The notes under the pieces were generated by a model, which worked only from the letters and a program-made list of their open reading frames with translations, was not told the origin of the DNA and ran no database searches. DNA of 37,066 nt from a virus, in IMG/VR virus record IMGVR_UViG_3300045996_001975; one strand, written 5' to 3'. The position numbers were made by a program, and so were the translations under genes. Of the stretch, positions 1 through 8,663 are shown in pieces. Each line of letters starts with the position of its first letter. Within the stretch, counting starts at the first letter, position 1.

Positions 1-127
1 CAGCGGTGTCGGTCAGGCCGGCCGCCGGCACATGCAGCAGCATGTGCACCGCGATCTCACCGTCGAAGTCGTAGGCGTTCACCCCGCCCCGCAGTTCGCC
101 CGCCGTGGTGACCGGCAGGGCGCGGGA
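1..127. repeat. Terminal direct repeat, copy 1 (identical to 36940-37066)
   Basis: Base-by-base comparison: nt 1-127 (cagcggtgtcggtcaggcc...ggcagggcgcggga) equal nt 36940-37066. This implies a circular or terminally redundant unit of 36,939 bp. Confidence 0.95.
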
Positions 128-1348
128 GCCGGGGAAGCTCGTCGAGTTGCTGGACATGGTGACGCCTGGCGTCATCGTCATGGCCGCGCCACCGTCGATG
201 CCCGAGCCCGGCCGGGTGGTGTCCGACCCGTCTTCCAGCGGCCAGTACGCGACCACGTAGTCGGCCATGCTGTCCGCCCGGACCGCGCGCCGCATGGCCG
301 ACACGAGCGCCCGGCTCGTGCCGCCGGCCAGCCGGCGCAGAATCCCCGCGGCCTCCACGTGGATGGCGACATCTCGGCCACCGCGGGTCCATCGCGGCTT
401 CCAGCTCGGGATCTCGCCGCTGAAGCGGATGTTGTCGCTGGAGACCTCGGCCATCCCCGTGCCGCCGACCGGGCCCACCGTCCAGCTCCGCCCGGCCGAG
501 TCGGCCACGGTGGTGTCCGTCAGCGCCCACGCCGTGAAGGCAGGGTTGGCCACGACGGTACCGCCGATGGACGAGCGGATCTGCGCGGCGTAGAACTTGC
601 CGGCGCCGTCCGCCCAGCCGTGATCGTCCGTCCCGCCGTTGGAGAATCCAATGTAGACGAAGGCGGCGGACGAGTAGATGGACGTCGTGCCGGCCGTGAC
701 GACAGGATCGCCCAACTGCGTGTAAGCGCCCCCCAGGCGCGTAGCGGTGTAGAAGGTGACCGTGTGGCCGGCCGCGCCGTTGTTGGCGTCCAGTGTCGCC
801 CGGATCGACTGGCGGTACGCCGCGGGGACGGGGGCGGTAGAGGTGGCCGTCAGTATCGTGGCCGTCGTGCCGGCCGTCGTCCACGCCAGCATCACCGTGC
901 CGTCCGGGTTGAGCAGCAGCGCCCACGAGCGCTCGTCGCTGAACGATTCCCACTTGCTCATCAGTACGCGCGGCGCGGCGTTGTACTCCGGCGCGCACTC
1001 GACCCGTAGGTCGATGTCGCCAGTGATGTCGAGGGAGGCGTGATCGGCGGTGAAGGCGAAGCTCGACGACCGCGGGCCCCAGGTGCGGATGTGCGACTCG
1101 ACTGGCCCGGAGATGATGCGAACCCTGGTGTTGCGCGGGAGCTTGCCGTAGTACGGGCTGGCCGGGTTGCGATTGGTCAGGTCCGAGTCCGACAGCACGA
1201 TGGGCAGGCCGGACGCCGCCCGGGAGCGCTCATCGCCACGCCCGCGCGTGATGTTGTACTGCGGCTCCCCGCGGCCGGTGACCGACGTCCACACGCCGTC
1301 GATGAGCAGCTGCGTAACAAGATCGGTCGGTGTCGTCGGGAAGCCCAT
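1..1348 (-). CDS. Minor tail protein, N-terminal part of a wrap-around ORF (continues 36939->34883; about 1134 aa in total)
   Basis: The ATG at 1348-1346 overlaps the tape measure stop (ATGA). I scanned this minus frame for tca/tta/cta and found no in-frame stop down to nt 1. The frame matches codon GTG 82-80, which equals 37021-37019 (..GGVNAYDFDGEIAV..). It is absent from the ORF track because no stop lies inside the left edge. It sits directly after the tape measure gene. Confidence 0.8.
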   Translation of the reverse strand, partial: MGFPTTPTDLVTQLLIDGVWTSVTGRGEPQYNITRGRGDERSRAASGLPIVLSDSDLTNRNPASPYYGKLPRNTRVRIISGPVESHIRTWGPRSSSFAFTADHASLDITGDIDLRVECAPEYNAAPRVLMSKWESFSDERSWALLLNPDGTVMLAWTTAGTTATILTATSTAPVPAAYRQSIRATLDANNGAAGHTVTFYTATRLGGAYTQLGDPVVTAGTTSIYSSAAFVYIGFSNGGTDDHGWADGAGKFYAAQIRSSIGGTVVANPAFTAWALTDTTVADSAGRSWTVGPVGGTGMAEVSSDNIRFSGEIPSWKPRWTRGGRDVAIHVEAAGILRRLAGGTSRALVSAMRRAVRADSMADYVVAYWPLEDGSDTTRPGSGIDGGAAMTMTPGVTMSSNSTSFPGSRALPVTTAGELRGGVNAYDFDGEIAVHMLLHVPAAGLTDTA

Positions 1349-3339
1349 CAGGCCGCCGCCAGCAGTACGTTGACGTCGCCGCCAGCCTCGGTGCGCACCT
1401 TCCACGACAACCCGCGCACGAGCGCGCTCACGATGTCCTGATCCGGGCCCGGGGGCACCTTCACCACGAGGGTCAGGTGACCACCCCGCTGGCCGCTTCC
1501 GCCTCCCGCCATGAGGGAGCGCGACTGCTCGGCCGTCAGCACCGTGGTACCGCTCGGCAGCTTCAACAGCTCGTCCCCGCGCTCGTGTAGCCGGCGCAGG
1601 CCGGACGCGATACCGCCGTGTGCCGACCCCGGCGCGCGGGGTTTGCTCTTGTAGCTGGACGTGTTCTGGCCGGGGTCTGCGATGTCCATATTGGACATGC
1701 CAGCCTGTAGCTTCACGCGGTCTTCGGCGGAGATCAGACCACCGATCGCCTCCAAGGCCATCTGTCGGATCTTCTTGTATGCCGCCACCCATGGGCCGAT
1801 GACAGCGTTGTAGATGAAGTTCCACCCCTTCTTGATCCAGCCGGGGATGGTCTCAGTGAAGAACTTCTCAATCGCCGCCCACGCCTTTTTGATGAAGTCG
1901 ACGGCACCGACGAAGATATCCCGGACTTTGCCGACTGCGGCGTTGACCTTATTGCGGAACGTTTCGCTCGTCTGGTACGCGGTGACGAACCAGGCCACCA
2001 GGGCGGTGATGGCAGCGACTACGCGCACGATCGGGTTCATCCCGATGACCTTGTTCAGGATGTCGAAGCCCGACGAGAACGCGCCGGTGATGACTGTCGC
2101 CGCCTTGAGCGCTCCCATGAACGTCACCACGGCAACGATGAGCGGCTGAAGCCAATGCCAATTCTCTTTGATCCACCGCACCATCGCCGCGATAGCGGGG
2201 ACCACTTTGTCTTGGATGAAGACGGCCAAGTCGCGTAGGCGGGGAATGACGTTCGACGAGATGTAGTCGACGACCTTCTGTTTCCACTCCCGCCACATAA
2301 CCACGAGGTCGTTTTTGGCGTGGTCGGACATGGCCTTGCCGGCCTTGTCCGTCGCGCCCGCCAGCTTCCCCATCTCCATCACGGCGGTGGTGGGGTCGAG
2401 CGCGTAGAGAGAATCCTGAAGGTCTTCAGCCTTCGTGCCGAACAGGGCCACGGCCGTGGCGTCCTGGTCGACCGGGTTCTTCATCGCCTTCAGCCGATCG
2501 ATGACCGTCTTCATCGCCTTGTCGGCGTTAGGGCCACCGCGGGCGAAGATGTCGAACGTCTTATCCGCGTCCAAGCCCAGGTCGGTGAACGCCTGGCGGG
2601 ACAAGTCGCTACCATCCTTGCTGCGGATGGCGAATTCCTTGATAGCGTCCGCGACAGTATCGCTATCGCGCGCGCCAGCCTTGAGCGCCTGGCCGATCAG
2701 CCCCATGGCCTTCGGGCCGTCGATGCCCAGCTCGCGGAACTGCGTGCTGTACTCGTTGATGGTGTCGAGCAGATCGCCGGACTTGTCGGCACCCTGCTGG
2801 ATGCCGCGCGTGATCAGGTCGAAAGCCTCGTCGGCGTTCTTCGCCAACCCGTTACGCAGCAACTGCGCAACAGCCGTCGTCGACTTGCCCAAGTCCTGAT
2901 CAAAGACCTTGGACAGCGTGAGCGCCTTCTCGCTCATCCGCTGAATCTCTTCAGCGCCAGCGTCCTCGGACAGGAAGCCGGCGCCCAGCACCGAACGGAT
3001 CGCCTGCTGCCCTTCGGCGATCGAGTCTGCGAAGGCGGACGTGTAGAGCTTGCCAGCGACCGCCCCCAGCATCTTCACCTGGTCGGGGTCGGACATGCCC
3101 GTCTGTGCGGCCGTCTTCGCAGCTTCTGCCCCGGCGTCCAGCCCTTCGACCACCCCGCCGATGAGCGCGGCGCCGGCGGCCAGCCCGCCGGCCGCCATGA
3201 GCCCCTTGAGGCGGGAGAAGCGGTCACCGACGGCGCCGGCCGCCTGGTCCGCGCGACGCTCTACCGAGTCGAAGCCCGGCTTCGTGTCGTCGCGTGCCTT
3301 GACGCGGATCTCAATGTCATTGCCATTGGGACTCGTCAT
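1348..3339 (-). CDS. Tape measure protein (663 aa)
   Basis: Largest ORF immediately after the G/G-T chaperone pair. Ala/Gly/Lys-rich helical sequence with hydrophobic segments (WLQPLIVAVVTFMGALKAATVITGAF). Strong SD (GGAGGGGAGGGGG) precedes ATG 3339. Confidence 0.85.
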   Translation of the reverse strand: MTSPNGNDIEIRVKARDDTKPGFDSVERRADQAAGAVGDRFSRLKGLMAAGGLAAGAALIGGVVEGLDAGAEAAKTAAQTGMSDPDQVKMLGAVAGKLYTSAFADSIAEGQQAIRSVLGAGFLSEDAGAEEIQRMSEKALTLSKVFDQDLGKSTTAVAQLLRNGLAKNADEAFDLITRGIQQGADKSGDLLDTINEYSTQFRELGIDGPKAMGLIGQALKAGARDSDTVADAIKEFAIRSKDGSDLSRQAFTDLGLDADKTFDIFARGGPNADKAMKTVIDRLKAMKNPVDQDATAVALFGTKAEDLQDSLYALDPTTAVMEMGKLAGATDKAGKAMSDHAKNDLVVMWREWKQKVVDYISSNVIPRLRDLAVFIQDKVVPAIAAMVRWIKENWHWLQPLIVAVVTFMGALKAATVITGAFSSGFDILNKVIGMNPIVRVVAAITALVAWFVTAYQTSETFRNKVNAAVGKVRDIFVGAVDFIKKAWAAIEKFFTETIPGWIKKGWNFIYNAVIGPWVAAYKKIRQMALEAIGGLISAEDRVKLQAGMSNMDIADPGQNTSSYKSKPRAPGSAHGGIASGLRRLHERGDELLKLPSGTTVLTAEQSRSLMAGGGSGQRGGHLTLVVKVPPGPDQDIVSALVRGLSWKVRTEAGGDVNVLLAAA

Positions 3340-3900
3340 GGCCTACCCCCTCCCCTCCGCCTAGCTCGACCAGGGCGATGATGCGGTACAGCTCTGCGTC
3401 CTCAGCGAAAAGCTGACTCGGCAGACAGTGAAACAGCTTGCAGAGGTTCAGGATTCGCTCGGCGCGAGCAAGCTCTCCCGGCTTTCCGACAACGGTTCCA
3501 TCGGAATCGACCCCTCCACCGACGACGCGCCATCTCTCGATGGCCGAGACAAAGGGCCGGAGACCCCCATGACTGCCGTCATGTACGCCTCCACCATCGC
3601 GATGAGCATGTCGGGATCGACCAGGCGCAGTCCTTCGGCACCGACCGGCGCCACCTCGTATTCGCCCGACTCCGTCTCGACCTCGAAATTCCACTCGATG
3701 ATGGCCGGCCCGAACGCTTCGCAGATCTCGCCGAGGACGTCGCGGGCGTCGGTCGCGCTCATCCTCTTGATATCGACATCGGCCAGCCCCATCAACCGCT
3801 CCATCATGGCGATGGACGCTGGTCGACACCGCACGTACAGTCCCTCGAACTGCTCGTCTTCGAAGGTGAGGCGGTACGCCTTGCGGCGGTACCCCTGCAT
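3317..3900 (-). CDS. Tail assembly chaperone G-T fusion made by a -1 programmed frameshift (about 194 aa)
   Basis: The -1 frame is open from the slippery site to the stop at 3317. It encodes protein-like sequence (PFVSAIERW...ARAERILNLCKLFHCLPSQLFAEDAELYRIIALVEL) and overlaps the tape measure start by 23 nt. Confidence 0.6.
3448..3900 (-). CDS. Tail assembly chaperone (gpG-like, 150 aa; start ATG 3900 rather than track start 3957)
   Basis: Lies between the tail tube genes and the tape measure gene. Acidic protein (MQGYRRKAYRLTFEDEQFEGL...). The N-terminal track extension is Arg/Gly-rich junk that overlaps the upstream gene. Confidence 0.75.
   Translation of the reverse strand: MQGYRRKAYRLTFEDEQFEGLYVRCRPASIAMMERLMGLADVDIKRMSATDARDVLGEICEAFGPAIIEWNFEVETESGEYEVAPVGAEGLRLVDPDMLIAMVEAYMTAVMGVSGPLSRPSRDGASSVEGSIPMEPLSESRESLLAPSES
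3550..3556 (-). promoter_or_regulatory. Candidate -1 slippery heptamer C CCU UUG
   Basis: On the minus strand the sequence reads GGC CCT TTG in the G frame. This fits X XXY YYZ (CCC UUU G). The target frame is exactly -1 (codon starts go from 0 mod 3 to 1 mod 3). Confidence 0.55.
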
Positions 3901-3905
3901 CGGTG

Positions 3906-4313
3906 CTACGCCCACGTGGGCACCGTGCCGTCCGCGAGCACACCCGGCGCCGTCCACGTCAGCTCACCCGACGCCGCGCGCGTGAGCGAGTAGTCGGTGA
4001 ACAGCACCTCCGCCGCGAGCGTCTGCCCGGAGATGGTCAGCGTGACCGTACGCGCCACGCTGGTCGAGGGAACCGTCTTGAACACGTCGTGGGACGCGTT
4101 GGCCGCATCGTTGAACACGCCGGTCGGATCGACAGAGAAGTCGGCCAGCAACAGCAGCCGCTCATATGCCGACTTGTCGATGCCGGTCACGTCCTGCACC
4201 CCGCGGGGGGTGGCGAACCCGAAGTTGGTGATGTCGTTCTTGATCGCCCGGACGCTACCGCCCGAGTCGTCCACGCTGAACGTAGTCCAGCCGAGTCCAC
4301 TCTCCTTGGTCAT
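3906..4313 (-). CDS. Tail-tube-like protein, short paralogue of the major tail protein (135 aa)
   Basis: It shares MTK(E/Q)SGLG at the N terminus and the TGIDKSAYER motif with the 248-aa protein at 4766-5512. SD AGGGGATAGGAA lies upstream of ATG 4313. Confidence 0.6.
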   Translation of the reverse strand: MTKESGLGWTTFSVDDSGGSVRAIKNDITNFGFATPRGVQDVTGIDKSAYERLLLLADFSVDPTGVFNDAANASHDVFKTVPSTSVARTVTLTISGQTLAAEVLFTDYSLTRAASGELTWTAPGVLADGTVPTWA

Positions 4314-4316
4314 TTC

Positions 4317-4766
4317 CTATCCCCTTTCAACCATCTTTGCGACACCCTGCTGGTGCAATGCGAAGTCTTCCACCCAGTGCTCCGGGCGCGTGTGCCGACG
4401 GATGAGCCCGAGCGGCGAGCCCCGCCAGTCGCCGGACCGCACGATGTAGAACTCCGGCCGATCCAGCGGCACGCGATGCGAGGCACTGTCGAAGCAGCGC
4501 TGGCCGGCCGGGAAGGTGAACGCCGTCCAACCCTTCTCGGTGCGCTCCTCGCGGAACGAGCGGCCCGACTCCTTGCGGATGTAGTACGCCTGGCGCTGGC
4601 CCAGCTCGGTCCGCTCGTCTACCGCCGTGGCCCACCCCTGGGTGTGGGGACGGCATTCGACCTCCGCGCACGTGGCCGGGCGCGTGTGCGTGGAGATGGG
4701 CGACGAGACCTGGTACGTCTTCATCGCCTGCACAGGCAGCTTCGGGGAAATACGAAACACGTTCAT
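4317..4766 (-). CDS. Hypothetical protein (149 aa) inserted between the two tail-tube paralogues
   Basis: The ATG at 4766 overlaps the upstream stop (ATGA). The sequence looks protein-like (His/Arg/Trp-rich, with a CAEVEC motif). I recognise no family. Confidence 0.65.
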   Translation of the reverse strand: MNVFRISPKLPVQAMKTYQVSSPISTHTRPATCAEVECRPHTQGWATAVDERTELGQRQAYYIRKESGRSFREERTEKGWTAFTFPAGQRCFDSASHRVPLDRPEFYIVRSGDWRGSPLGLIRRHTRPEHWVEDFALHQQGVAKMVERG

Positions 4767-5512
4767 CAGAACACCACCGCCGTATCGTTGCGAACAGCCA
4801 CCACAGCGAACGTGACGGAATCGAACGTGCCGCTCGTCACTACCCGCAGGTACCGTTCGATGGTCGCATCACCAGCTGTGGCGATACGTTCCTCCGTCAC
4901 GCCCGCGACGAGCGTGAAGCCACCCCCGGTCACGTCCGCGAAAGCGTCACCGGCCCCATCGTCCGAAGAGGACTGAATCTTGATGGTCACGTCAGTGCCA
5001 GTGAACTCGGTGACGTGCAAGAAGAACTGCGCCCCGAACGCCGTGCTTCCCGTACCGAAGTCCACCCCCGTGCCGTCGGTGGCGGCCGTGTCGGTGCGCA
5101 GGCCGGCCGTCAGGCTCTTGCCCCACTGCAAGCCGAAGTCGGTCGCCTGCGTCGACACCGCGATGGTCAGCGCCCCGTCCTGCGCGCGGTTCGGGTTGTA
5201 GTCGATCTGCTTGCACACCTGGGACGCCGCCGGGTTGCCCAGCGTCGTGCCGCGAAAGTAGCTCGCGATCCGGCTGGTCCGCGGGAGCGTCGACAGTGCG
5301 GCGTGCGCCTGGCCGGCGGCCTTGTTGAAGTACGACACCCAGTCGATACCGCCGTCGCGCTGGCCGCCGACCCGCTCGTACGCGCTCTTGTCGATGCCCG
5401 TCAGGTCGAGCGCGGCTGGTCCGCCGCCGATGCGCCCCAGCGAGTTCACGTCGCCGGACAGGTTGTACGACCCCAGGTAGAAATTGTCACCGAGCCCCGA
5501 TTGCTTCGTCAT
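4766..5512 (-). CDS. Major tail (tube) protein (248 aa)
   Basis: Lies after the head-tail joining genes and before the chaperones. Gly/Thr/Ser/Ala-rich beta-type sequence. SD GGCGAGGTGAG is present. A paralogue lies at 3906-4313. Confidence 0.7.
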   Translation of the reverse strand: MTKQSGLGDNFYLGSYNLSGDVNSLGRIGGGPAALDLTGIDKSAYERVGGQRDGGIDWVSYFNKAAGQAHAALSTLPRTSRIASYFRGTTLGNPAASQVCKQIDYNPNRAQDGALTIAVSTQATDFGLQWGKSLTAGLRTDTAATDGTGVDFGTGSTAFGAQFFLHVTEFTGTDVTIKIQSSSDDGAGDAFADVTGGGFTLVAGVTEERIATAGDATIERYLRVVTSGTFDSVTFAVVAVRNDTAVVF

Positions 5513-5516
5513 CTGC

Positions 5517-5984
5517 TCACCTCGCCTGTGTCCACGCGTCGAAGAACATCACCGGTACGGACAGGGTCATCACGCGGAACATCTTCTTATCGATCTCCAG
5601 GTAGCCGGCCGCCCCGCCCAGCGCCGGCCCGTGGGTACCGAGCAGGTCGACTTCGGCCCCCGTGGTCCCCAGGTCGAAGTCCCCGGCGTACGCGGCCATC
5701 AGCGCGCCGGCCGCCTTGACGATGTTCGGATCAATGGCGTCGGCAGGCTCCTGCAACATCGAGCTGTAGACCCGCAGGCTGAACACCACCAGGGCGGACG
5801 TGACGGCCAGACCCGACGTCTTCGCCACCGCGGCCATCCGATCGGCCCACACCGCTGCCGTCAGGCCGCGCACGCTCGGCGCGGACTTCGGCTCGGCACC
5901 GTTGACAGCCTCGAACCAGCCCGACGCGGCGGCCGCCGACGTGAGCCGGTCCAGCGCCGTCCCCAGATCGTCGTCGAAGCTCAC
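5517..5984 (-). CDS. Probable tail terminator / head-tail joining protein (155 aa)
   Basis: GTGA start-stop overlap at 5981-5984. It is the last gene before the major tail protein. The function is assigned by synteny only. Confidence 0.4.
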   Translation of the reverse strand: MSFDDDLGTALDRLTSAAAASGWFEAVNGAEPKSAPSVRGLTAAVWADRMAAVAKTSGLAVTSALVVFSLRVYSSMLQEPADAIDPNIVKAAGALMAAYAGDFDLGTTGAEVDLLGTHGPALGGAAGYLEIDKKMFRVMTLSVPVMFFDAWTQAR

Positions 5985-6379
5985 GCCGACCCGCCCCCCA
6001 GCCGCGCCATCATCCGCCGGTGGACCACGGCCACCAGCTCGGGCACGCGCGCCTGCGTGCGCTGGGCCGAGCGGCGAAACGCCGCGTAGCCCTTGAACCG
6101 CGTGCGGCGGTTGCGTTCGCTGACCCCCTCGAGCCAGGGTCCGTAGATCACGCCGCGATCGTGCGTCACCATGTCCGCCACCTGGCGTTCGGTCGTAATC
6201 TGCGTCTCGTAGTAGGGGGTCGGCCGCTTGATGTTCTGATCCAGGATGAGATGCACCTCGGCCTGAGCGGCGGCGGCCACCTCGCGCTGGGCCGCGTCGC
6301 TGAACTCGGCCACGATGCGCGGCGCCAACCCGTCCAGCAGGGGGCCGGCCATCCTGAAGTCGAGCTGAATGTCAGCCAT
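5981..6379 (-). CDS. Head-tail joining protein, HK97 gp10-like by position (132 aa; start ATG 6379)
   Basis: ATGA overlap with the upstream stop at 6379-6381. The sequence starts MADIQLDFRMAG... The track start at 6409 adds non-protein-like residues. Confidence 0.45.
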   Translation of the reverse strand: MADIQLDFRMAGPLLDGLAPRIVAEFSDAAQREVAAAAQAEVHLILDQNIKRPTPYYETQITTERQVADMVTHDRGVIYGPWLEGVSERNRRTRFKGYAAFRRSAQRTQARVPELVAVVHRRMMARLGGGSA

Positions 6380-7440
6380 CAGACAGCCCACGTCCGGCCC
6401 TTGCGGCACAGCGGCGAGGCCTGCACCCGCTTGCGCAGGTCCACCAGCCCCTTGCCGGCGCTCTCCCGCTCGTTGTCACCCGAGCCGGCGGTCCGGGCGT
6501 AGCCGGCGCCGGCCTGCAACCGGTCCACCACGGCCTCGGCGATGGTGAGCTGCTGGGCCAGGGCCGGCGCTCGCCACACCGTCAGGGCGCCGGCCGTGCT
6601 GTGCGTCGCCGCCGTGGTGCCGGCCGCGCCGCGCTCCACCGTCAGCGTGCGCGCGGCGTAGATGTCCGCCCCGCTGGTGTGCGCGGCCAGCACGGTGCCG
6701 TCGGTGGCGCGCTTGACGATCAGGTTGTTCCCGGCGATCGCCTGCACCGTCATCCGTTCGGAGTCGATGAGGATCGTTTCGCCCTTGGCGAACGAGGTGC
6801 CCGACGACACGGGGACGGTGGTGTTGGCCAGGCTGGCCGTGAGGTTGCCGCCGAGATTGACCGTGGTGTCGGTCAGCGTCCGGTCGGTGACGAGCATGCG
6901 CTCCGAGTCCACCTTGATGAGTGAGCCGACCCCCACGTAGGGGCTGGAGGTGACGTCGATGTCCGTCTCGCTGGCGTCGAGCGCTTCGGCGAGGGCGCCG
7001 GCCGAACGGGACTCGTCGGTGTACCCCCACAGGCCGAGCAGAGCGATCGCCCGCTGGTGCGTACTGGCGTTCGAGGCGAACGCGCCGGACGTCGACAGGT
7101 CGATCTCTACCCGGTCGTACGGCGGGCCCGAGTTGGCCGGGCCGAGCTGATAGCTCGCGATGGCGGTGCCGCCGGCCGTCAGGGACGTCGCGGAGATCAG
7201 CCCGTGCTTACCGAGCCAGAGTCGGTAGTAGGCGGTGCCCTGATCGTTCGGCCAGTCCCAGTACTTGGTGGCCAGGACGGGGTGCAGGTGGTCGCGATGG
7301 CACAGCGCGTCGACAGCGGCCATGGCGCCCCGCAGAGCGTCATCGACTTCCGCGTCGTCGTAGGCGGAAGCGGTGGAGCCGAGGGCGGTTTTCACCTGCT
7401 CCCGTGTTGCGTACCCGATGCCCATCCTGTGCCCTTGCAT
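6379..7440 (-). CDS. Head-to-tail adaptor-like structural protein (353 aa; alternative start ATG 7425)
   Basis: The N terminus (GYATREQVKTALGS...DDAEVDDALRGAMAAVDALC) resembles adaptor N termini. There is an internal duplicated motif: (I/L)(K/L)(V/I)DSERM(L/T)V, then LIVKRATDGTVLAAHTSGADIY. Confidence 0.45.
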   Translation of the reverse strand: MQGHRMGIGYATREQVKTALGSTASAYDDAEVDDALRGAMAAVDALCHRDHLHPVLATKYWDWPNDQGTAYYRLWLGKHGLISATSLTAGGTAIASYQLGPANSGPPYDRVEIDLSTSGAFASNASTHQRAIALLGLWGYTDESRSAGALAEALDASETDIDVTSSPYVGVGSLIKVDSERMLVTDRTLTDTTVNLGGNLTASLANTTVPVSSGTSFAKGETILIDSERMTVQAIAGNNLIVKRATDGTVLAAHTSGADIYAARTLTVERGAAGTTAATHSTAGALTVWRAPALAQQLTIAEAVVDRLQAGAGYARTAGSGDNERESAGKGLVDLRKRVQASPLCRKGRTWAV

Positions 7441-7559
7441 TCTTGGCCGGCCGCGGTCCGGCCGCGAGCGGGAGAGGCGGTATTCAGTTGTCGACGACCG
7501 GCGGCCACACCCTCAGTTTCCCCGGGTCCGCCGCCCCTTCCAACAAGCGGACCGCCCTG

Positions 7560-8291
7560 CTACTGCGGTCGCCAGCCGTCGTAAGGACAGTAGAGCACAC
7601 CGCCGGGCCCTTGCCGTAGAGGTTCTCCGTCGTTGGGGCAGGCGATCGCCGCCCGGCCGGATTCCTCCGCCGCGATGGTGCGAGCTTCCTTCACGTAATT
7701 GAGTAACGAGTGCCAGCCGCCCCCGGCCGTGGCCACGACTGCCGCCGAGCCGGTGGCGCGCACCTCGACATCCAGCCCGCCCAGCACCACGCTGATGGCG
7801 CCGGTGAGCGCGTCGCCGATGATCACATCGGCGAAGTAGCAGTTGTCCCCGCCGTCGCCGTTCGGGAAGGCGACGGCCCCGGAGGTAATGAAACGGCCGT
7901 TGACCGCGCCGGCCGAGCCGTTGGCGGGGGCGGTGATGACCCCGTTGACCAGCCCGCCCACGAACAGATCCACCGTGGCCACATAGGCATTGACGGGCCC
8001 GTACGCGCTGACCACCCGGGTTCCCGCGGTAACGAGTGTCGGCGTGTCGTAGAGCGCCACATTCCACGCGCCCACGCTGTTCGCGCCGTACTCCTTGCGC
8101 GCCAGCTCCACGCCGTCGGCCGTCCATAGCAGTTGGTACGGGGTGGTCGACAGTGCCGACGTCGCGGCGAAGCGCCGGCCGCCCAACACGTACACGTCGC
8201 GGGAGAATTCCAACTCAGTGCCCAGGTTGTACGTGTTGTCCGTCTCGTTGGGGAGGGCCGGCTCCTGCGTAGTGAATAGCGTGACGCCCAC
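7560..8291 (-). CDS. Hypothetical virion-region protein (243 aa), possible DUF4082-like N-terminal domain
   Basis: ORF with high GC3. The N terminus (TLFTTQEPALPNETDNTYNLGTELEF...) recalls DUF4082-type domains, but this is from memory only. The C terminus has CPNDG...CPYDG. Confidence 0.5.
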   Translation of the reverse strand: MGVTLFTTQEPALPNETDNTYNLGTELEFSRDVYVLGGRRFAATSALSTTPYQLLWTADGVELARKEYGANSVGAWNVALYDTPTLVTAGTRVVSAYGPVNAYVATVDLFVGGLVNGVITAPANGSAGAVNGRFITSGAVAFPNGDGGDNCYFADVIIGDALTGAISVVLGGLDVEVRATGSAAVVATAGGGWHSLLNYVKEARTIAAEESGRAAIACPNDGEPLRQGPGGVLYCPYDGWRPQ

Positions 8292-8295
8292 GAGG

Positions 8296-8661
8296 TCAGC
8301 TCGCTACGGACAGAGTGGCGTCGAAATCCCCGCTGGCCACGGTCACGTTGTCTCCGGCCGTCGCCGCCACCGGTGCGACCATCTCGCCCGTCCAGCCGCA
8401 CGAGCCGCCGGTCTCCGCGCTCCACCCCGATACGTGCGTCCACGTCTCCGTCGCGGCAACCGCGGCCCAGGCGAGGGGGGAACTCGAGGTTGCCGCCCCG
8501 CTGGCCACCGAGACTTCCACCTGCTTGCGTGTCGTCTCGACCGCGGGCGAGTCGGTACCGCCCGAGCCGGGCGCCCCGATGTGCATCTTCACCCACGGGT
8601 AGGCCGCGAACAGCGCCGTCAGGGCACTATTCGCGGCCGCCGTGGTGAACCCCAGGGCCAC
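8296..8661 (-). CDS. Hypothetical protein (121 aa)
   Basis: Compact ORF packed tightly between neighbours. Ala/Thr/Gly/Ser-rich. Confidence 0.6.
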   Translation of the reverse strand: MALGFTTAAANSALTALFAAYPWVKMHIGAPGSGGTDSPAVETTRKQVEVSVASGAATSSSPLAWAAVAATETWTHVSGWSAETGGSCGWTGEMVAPVAATAGDNVTVASGDFDATLSVAS

Positions 8662-8663
8662 CG

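Noticed and set aside
32-1009. Long plus-strand (325 aa) and minus-strand (57-998, 313 aa) track ORFs at the left end
   Set aside because: Both are extremely Arg/Gly/His-rich with no protein-like pattern. They are off-frame shadows of the real minus-strand minor tail ORF, which is open from 1348 to nt 1.
7441-7559. Possible terminator in the 120-nt gap upstream of the adaptor gene
   Set aside because: There are only short CGGCCG self-complementary runs (6 bp), which occur by chance in GC-rich DNA. No convincing stem-loop is present.
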